A program made the translations under genes and the position numbers. Positions 26,903 to 32,000 of a DNA stretch of 32,000 bases are shown one piece after another (positions within the stretch are counted from its first letter, which is position 1; each line of letters opens with the position of its first letter). The stretch is from an uncultured bacterium (lineage in GTDB: Bacteria > Margulisbacteria > WOR-1 > CAVSGV01). Location: assembly GCA_963699255.1 (NCBI GenBank), contig OY969425.1:1440001-1472000 (forward strand), read 5' to 3'. The notes under the pieces are model-generated. The model searched no databases. It saw only the letters and a list, made by a program, of their open reading frames with translations, and was not told the DNA's origin.

Positions 26903-28045
26903 ATGAAAAACTATAGAGTAATAGCTCCGTTACTTGTCTGTCTCATGTTCTGTTTTTATGTCATCGGCTGCGGCTCAAACGCGACGGGTGGAGGCGGAAG
27001 CAGCTCAAGTTCAGGCAATTCAGGGAAATTATCCGACCCTTATATAAGCCATGCTACTCTTATTGAAAGGAACCAGTATGGTTCAGTCGAATCCGGAATG
27101 GTTTGTACGACAGATGCAAATGGTTCATTTACCTTTCCATCTGCACTAACAGTGGGCGATACGATAGAAATGGTAAACCCTGGCAATCACTTAGGCCGAA
27201 CATATGACGGGGCATTAATGAAAAAGAGGATTGATGTTCTAGGGGTGTACAATGTCTCACCATTAACTGACTGGGTCAGCCATGGTATTACTGAAGGTGC
27301 CGTCGCGGGTATTATTACAAATTATGGCGGCGTAACGATCGATGCAGGCGATGTAAGTCCCGATCCGATGGGCAATTTACATGCGATGCAGGTGATCGGA
27401 GCTGGGGGCATTGCTCTAGTAAAAGGAATAAAAGCTTCGATCGTGGCATATTCAGTGTCCAGAATAGCGGTAGATGAATATGGGGCTAATTATACTGAAT
27501 CAGACCTGAAAACCACACTCATGCAAAGTGTTGAATCGGCGATCGGCGAAGCAGTGAACGACGGGATCTCAGACAATGTACTTAATAAAATGAACGCAAA
27601 AATACTTTATCAAAATGCGCATAAACCAAATTCAAATGCGCCTGATATGAATCTTGCAACAGCGGATGAAATAGCCAAGAGCGCATTCAATATAGCTAAA
27701 TATATTGCTGACATGAAAATTGCAAACCATGCTGGCGGCCCCGCTCCTAATTGGACCTATCCCTGGAACCAACCCAGCGATACTTCACTAGAAGCATATG
27801 GCAAGTCACTTGGCATGAGATATTATTTAATGGATAATTACCCTCTCAACGTCGCTCCTCCACAAGCCGGCCCATATGCAGGCAAGACAGCTATTCAGAT
27901 AGCACTTGAGACTGGCACGATATCAGATGAATATGGCACGGTAATAACTACATGGGAAGTGGATCCAGATAGTTCGAATTCCCTAGGAGCGGTTGTAGGT
28001 TTTGATATAAATGATACTACCGGGACAGTAGAAGCATTGCGTTAA
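26903..28045 (+). CDS. Lipoprotein of unknown function
   Basis: MKNYRVIAPLLVCLMFCFYVIGC lipobox followed by GSNATGGGGSSSSSGNSG linker. Confidence 0.8.
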   Translation: MKNYRVIAPLLVCLMFCFYVIGCGSNATGGGGSSSSSGNSGKLSDPYISHATLIERNQYGSVESGMVCTTDANGSFTFPSALTVGDTIEMVNPGNHLGRTYDGALMKKRIDVLGVYNVSPLTDWVSHGITEGAVAGIITNYGGVTIDAGDVSPDPMGNLHAMQVIGAGGIALVKGIKASIVAYSVSRIAVDEYGANYTESDLKTTLMQSVESAIGEAVNDGISDNVLNKMNAKILYQNAHKPNSNAPDMNLATADEIAKSAFNIAKYIADMKIANHAGGPAPNWTYPWNQPSDTSLEAYGKSLGMRYYLMDNYPLNVAPPQAGPYAGKTAIQIALETGTISDEYGTVITTWEVDPDSSNSLGAVVGFDINDTTGTVEALR

Positions 28046-28067
28046 CAGAAAATAGTTTAATCAACTT

Positions 28068-28099
28068 AAAGGCCTTGGGCGATCGTTCAGGGCCTTTTT
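28068..28099 (+). terminator. Rho-independent terminator
   Basis: AAAGGCCTTG...CAGGGCCTTTTT, 10-bp imperfect stem then T run, 23 nt after the lipoprotein ORF. Confidence 0.7.
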
Positions 28100-28173
28100 G
28101 TTTGATCACCGTTCGGGCTCGATACGCATTATCCCCATACCCTGAAAATTAAATGTGATAAAATGACCCCATT

Positions 28174-30213
28174 ATGTACGCCGAGATAGTTCTTGCCAGA
28201 GCAACTCCGGGACTTGATAAGATATATCATTATTCGATCCCGAAAGACCTTGAAGACAAAGCCCATGTGGGCTCGCAGGTGCTCGCGCCGTTCGGGAGCG
28301 CGAAAAGGGTCGGCTATATCGTCGGCTTTGTCGAGACATCCGATGTGTCCGGCATCAGGGATATCGCGGAGGTCCTGAGCCCGTACCCGCTTTTCTCAAG
28401 GGATTCGGTCGAGCTCGCGCGATGGATGGCGGAGTATTATAACTCCTTCTTCATCACCGCGCTAAAAACCGTGATGCCGCCGGGAATGCTTAAGATAGAA
28501 AAGAGGGCGCTGAAGGCAAAGCTGAAAAAACCGCTGTATCCCAAGATCGTGGACGGCAGGGTGCATTTGACGGATAAATGGGAAAGGCCGGCATCGCAGA
28601 AATTCGAACTTACACCGGAGCAAAAAGCCGCGTTAAGATCGATAGCCACGGATATCGACACCAAAAAATTCATCGTTTCGCTCCTGTACGGCGTCACCGG
28701 CTCCGGAAAAACAGAGGTCTACCTGAGAGCCGCGGATTACGCGGTCGGCACCGGCGGCGGGGCTATCATACTGGTGCCGGAAGTCGGGCTTACGCCGCAG
28801 ATCGTTGAAAGGTTCCTTGAGCATTTCGGCGGCCGGCTGGCGGTCTACCACAGCGAGATGAAGGACAAGGACAGGGATATCGCCTGGGCGCAGATAGCGG
28901 GAGGGGAGAAGACCGTTGTGCTCGGGACACGGTCGGCGATATTCACGCCGGTGAAGAACCTGAAGCTGATAGTCCTTGATGAGGAATATGAGAACACATA
29001 TAAACAGGAGCAGAACCCCAGATATCACGCCAGGGAAGTCGCGTTCACCCTCGCAAAAAAATTGAACGGGTCGGTCATTCTGGGCAGCGCTTCCCCTTCG
29101 ATAGAGACCTATTACCGCGCCAAGACCGGAGAATACAAGCTCCTGGTCCTTCCAAAGAGGATAGATAACAGGCCGCTTCCGCCGGTGGAAGTCGTGGACA
29201 TGAGAGATGAGCTGAAAGCCGGCAATTATAATGTATTAAGCAGAAAGCTGAAGGAAGAGATAAAGGCGACGATCCAGAAAAAGGAGCAGGCCATACTTTT
29301 CATAAACAGGCGCGGTTATTTTTCGTTCGTAATGTGCAGGACCTGCGGGCACACGATCCAGTGCCCGAAGTGTTCCTCGTCCCTCATATATTATATGGAA
29401 GACAAAGAGCTGAGGTGCAACCACTGCGGCTTCACATCCGCCGCACCGGTCATCTGCCCAATGTGCCAGAGCACCCAGATCAAGTTCTTCGGCGCGGGCA
29501 CCCAGAAGATCGAGCAGGAAGTCGCGCGCGTCGCGCCTTCCGCAAGGATACTGAGGCTTGACAGGGATACCGTAAAGAACAAGGGCTCGTATGAGACCAT
29601 AATAAGGTCCTTTATTTCCGGAAGCGCCGACATACTTATAGGGACGCAGATGGTGACGAAGGGGCTTGATATCGGCAGCGTTACTCTTGTCGGGGTAGTG
29701 GCGGCGGACATAGGGCTGAACCTGCCCGATTTCAGGGCCGCGGAACACACGTTCCAGCTTATCACGCAGGTGGCGGGAAGGGCCGGAAGGCACAAGCTCG
29801 CGGGAAAGGTGATAGTCCAGACCTATAATCCCGACCATTACGCGATCATGTTCGCTTCAAAGCATGATTATGACGGCTTCTATGAAGAAGAAATAAAGAC
29901 GAGGAAAACGCTGGGTTATCCGCCTTTCGGCAGTCTTATCAATATCATCTTTCACGGGGAAAGTGAAAAGCCGGTAGAACAGGTTTCCGGGGAGTTCGCG
30001 AAATTCATCAGAAAAAGGCTGTCCGGCGCCGAGGCGTTCGGTCCGGCAAAGGCCCCGATCGCCAGACTCAAGAACAGCTACCGCTATCAGGTGATCATAA
30101 AAGGCAGGGAAATGGAAAGCATGAGGAAAGCTGTTGTTGAAACGCTCAAGCATATTGTAAAATTGGGCGGCGTAAGGATAAGCGTCGATATAGACCCGTA
30201 TAATATGTTGTAA
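28174..30213 (+). CDS. priA: Primosomal protein N' (replication restart helicase)
   Basis: LLYGVTGSGKTEVYLRA, IVLDEEYENTYKQEQNPRYHAREVA, zinc cysteines CRTCGHTIQCPKCSSSLIYY...CNHCGF...CPMC, GTQMVTKGLDIGSVTLVGVVAAD. Confidence 0.95.
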   Translation: MYAEIVLARATPGLDKIYHYSIPKDLEDKAHVGSQVLAPFGSAKRVGYIVGFVETSDVSGIRDIAEVLSPYPLFSRDSVELARWMAEYYNSFFITALKTVMPPGMLKIEKRALKAKLKKPLYPKIVDGRVHLTDKWERPASQKFELTPEQKAALRSIATDIDTKKFIVSLLYGVTGSGKTEVYLRAADYAVGTGGGAIILVPEVGLTPQIVERFLEHFGGRLAVYHSEMKDKDRDIAWAQIAGGEKTVVLGTRSAIFTPVKNLKLIVLDEEYENTYKQEQNPRYHAREVAFTLAKKLNGSVILGSASPSIETYYRAKTGEYKLLVLPKRIDNRPLPPVEVVDMRDELKAGNYNVLSRKLKEEIKATIQKKEQAILFINRRGYFSFVMCRTCGHTIQCPKCSSSLIYYMEDKELRCNHCGFTSAAPVICPMCQSTQIKFFGAGTQKIEQEVARVAPSARILRLDRDTVKNKGSYETIIRSFISGSADILIGTQMVTKGLDIGSVTLVGVVAADIGLNLPDFRAAEHTFQLITQVAGRAGRHKLAGKVIVQTYNPDHYAIMFASKHDYDGFYEEEIKTRKTLGYPPFGSLINIIFHGESEKPVEQVSGEFAKFIRKRLSGAEAFGPAKAPIARLKNSYRYQVIIKGREMESMRKAVVETLKHIVKLGGVRISVDIDPYNML

Positions 30214-30226
30214 ACCTCGCCCCCGG

Positions 30227-30252
30227 CTCCTCTCCTGCTTGCAGGAGAGGGG
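30227..30252. repeat. Inverted repeat hairpin between priA and def
   Basis: CCTCTCCTGC-TT-GCAGGAGAGG, 10-bp perfect stem. Confidence 0.7.
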
Positions 30253-30329
30253 GAAAGAGACTATAGTCCTGTTTCCTTTCTCCTATTTATAAGAGAAGGG
30301 CTTAGGGATGAGGCGGGAGGGAGATAAAC

Positions 30330-30818
30330 ATGGCTTTGCTGGAGATACTGACCAATCAAAATCCGCTGCTTCGCAAAATTTCAAGGCCCGTGGCAAAGGT
30401 AACAAAAGAGATAAAGGAGCTTGTTGCCAACATGGAGGAGACCATGAAGGCGGCGCCGGGGGTCGGACTGGCCGCTCCCCAGGTCGGAGAGCTGCTGCGC
30501 CTGATCATAGCCGATGTCGGGGACGGCCTTAACGTTCTGATCAATCCAAAGGTGATAAAAAAAAGCGGCACCCAGACGTTCGTCGAAGGATGTTTGAGCC
30601 TGCCCGGAATAGAGGCGCCTATCGAGAGGGCGGCTACCGTTACGGTAAAAGCCATGAACCTGAAGGGAAAGCTGGTAGAGGTTGAAGCCAGCGGCCTTCT
30701 TGCGACGGTTTTCCAGCACGAGATCGACCATCTTGAAGGAAAGCTGTTCGTTGACAGGGTAGCCGACCCCAACCTCATAACATACAAGCCGAAGACCCCG
30801 AAAGAAGAAGCATTATAA
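30330..30818 (+). CDS. def: Peptide deformylase
   Basis: GVGLAAPQVG, EGCLSLPG, HEIDHLEGKLFVDRV motifs. Confidence 0.96.
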   Translation: MALLEILTNQNPLLRKISRPVAKVTKEIKELVANMEETMKAAPGVGLAAPQVGELLRLIIADVGDGLNVLINPKVIKKSGTQTFVEGCLSLPGIEAPIERAATVTVKAMNLKGKLVEVEASGLLATVFQHEIDHLEGKLFVDRVADPNLITYKPKTPKEEAL

Positions 30819-30879
30819 TTACACAATTAAACAATGACACAATGAACAATTAAGGAAGGATATTAAGAATAATAAAATA

Positions 30880-31812
30880 ATGAAGATACTGTTCATGGGA
30901 ACGCCCGAGCCGGCCCGCGTGTGTTTAAAAGCGCTGATAGACGCCAGAGAAGGACTGGTGGCGGTGATAACCCAGCCTGACCGGCCGAAGGGCAGGGGGC
31001 TTAAGCTCGCGCCCACCCCCGTCAAGGAAACGGCAACGGAACATAATATACCGGTCTTTCAGCCGGACAGGATCAGGGACAAAGAAAGCATAGAACTGGT
31101 CAGGGGCCTTGATCCCGATCTGATAGTTATAGTCGCTTACGGAGAAATACTTCCGAAGGAGATGCTTGATATCCCGAAATACGGGGCGATAAATGTGCAC
31201 GCTTCCCTTCTCCCGAAGTACAGGGGCGCCGCGCCGGTGCAGAGGGCCCTGCTGAACGGCGACAAATTCACCGGCATCACGATAATGAAGGTCACCGAAG
31301 CCCTTGATGCCGGGGATATCATTCTTCAGGAATCCATCCCGATATATGACGCGGATAACGCGTCCACCCTGACAGAAAGATTGTTTAAACTGGGGGTGAA
31401 GCTTCTTGTCAGCGCCGTATCGCAAATAAGATCAGGCAAGACAAAACCCGTAAAACAGGATGATGAAAAGGCCTCATATGCTCCGACCCTGAAAAAGGAG
31501 AACGGCGTCATTGACTGGAAAAAGAAAGCGGAGGAAATATGCGACCAGATAAAGGCGTTCGATCCCTGGCCGGGGGCCTTTACATATTATAAGGGCAGGA
31601 CGCTCAAGGTGATCAAGGCGGAACCGATGCGGAAAGAAGGGTGTTCGAACGGCAGGATCATCGAGATACTAAAAAACCGGGGTTTTGTCGTAGGCGTCTG
31701 CGAAGGGGCGGTGCTGGTCACCGAGGTTCAGCCGGAATCAGGAAAAACCATGAGTTCGTACCAGTTCGCCATCGGGCATGGCCTGAAAGTAGGGGACAAC
31801 CTTCCAAGTTAA
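30880..31812 (+). CDS. fmt: Methionyl-tRNA formyltransferase
   Basis: MKILFMGTPEPARVCLKAL, ITQPDRPKGRG, INVHASLLPKYRGAAPVQRALLNGDKFTGITIM. Confidence 0.96.
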   Translation: MKILFMGTPEPARVCLKALIDAREGLVAVITQPDRPKGRGLKLAPTPVKETATEHNIPVFQPDRIRDKESIELVRGLDPDLIVIVAYGEILPKEMLDIPKYGAINVHASLLPKYRGAAPVQRALLNGDKFTGITIMKVTEALDAGDIILQESIPIYDADNASTLTERLFKLGVKLLVSAVSQIRSGKTKPVKQDDEKASYAPTLKKENGVIDWKKKAEEICDQIKAFDPWPGAFTYYKGRTLKVIKAEPMRKEGCSNGRIIEILKNRGFVVGVCEGAVLVTEVQPESGKTMSSYQFAIGHGLKVGDNLPS

Positions 31813-31934
31813 CGGTATTCCTTCCTGGACCATGGTCATATTTGCCGGGGATCTGCCGCTGCCCTAACTTATAAAAATCTGCAATTTCCTTAACATTTGG
31901 CCGATAATACCGTATGGGAGAAAAAGTGATATAA

Positions 31935-32000
31935 ATGCCGGGATTATCATTTGAAAAGACACAAGGATTATTGGTAAAAGGATTATTGGTAAAATATTTA
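31935..32000 (+). CDS. Start of an unidentified ORF running off the window
   Basis: ATG at 31935, open to the edge: MPGLSFEKTQGLLVKGLLVKYL. Confidence 0.4.
   Translation, partial: MPGLSFEKTQGLLVKGLLVKYL

Noticed and set aside
28633-29838. Large minus-strand ORFs opposite priA (131, 200 and 134 aa)
   Set aside because: Antisense frames in a clearly coding, high-GC-third-position gene; no domain similarity recognised.
30356-30826. 156-aa minus-strand ORF opposite def
   Set aside because: Fully antisense to def, whose motifs are all present.
1-32000. CRISPR array, retron, toxin-antitoxin or biosynthetic gene cluster
   Set aside because: No regularly spaced repeats, Cas, reverse transcriptase, paired small TA ORFs or NRPS/PKS/RiPP genes are visible by reading the sequence.

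Overview
Mostly ordinary bacterial chromosome. Gene content and intergenic repeat style resemble an uncultivated, possibly Omnitrophota/PVC-like genome (inference only). Order: (-) N6-adenine methyltransferase / type IIG-like R-M gene running off the left edge (missing from the ORF track); rpsF-ssb-ssb-rpsR-rplI-uvrC operon with two tandem ssb genes; a ribonuclease-inhibitor-like LRR protein gene between two frame-disrupted genes (uvrC and an EnvC/M23 peptidase); ctpA and a YibQ-like divergent polysaccharide deacetylase with an unusual N-terminal repeat; SLBB export protein, Wzz-like protein, PGI/PMI, sugar-nucleotide pyrophosphorylase, hisD; (-) ORF6N protein; (-) pyrB; apbE-like, ackA, GlmU-like; tRNA-Gln(TTG) with a partial downstream copy; PEGA-like secreted protein; Fe-S aldo/keto reductase plus flavoprotein; (-) His-rich low-complexity protein; RNB ribonuclease; DUF1858; lipoprotein; priA, def, fmt. 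I see no CRISPR array, no transposase, and no clear multi-gene novel defence or biosynthetic system. The most notable signals are the LRR gene between disrupted genes, the tRNA-derived partial copy that can fold as a minihelix, the repeated cytoplasmic tail of the YibQ-like protein, tandem ssb genes, and several families of short intergenic repeats.
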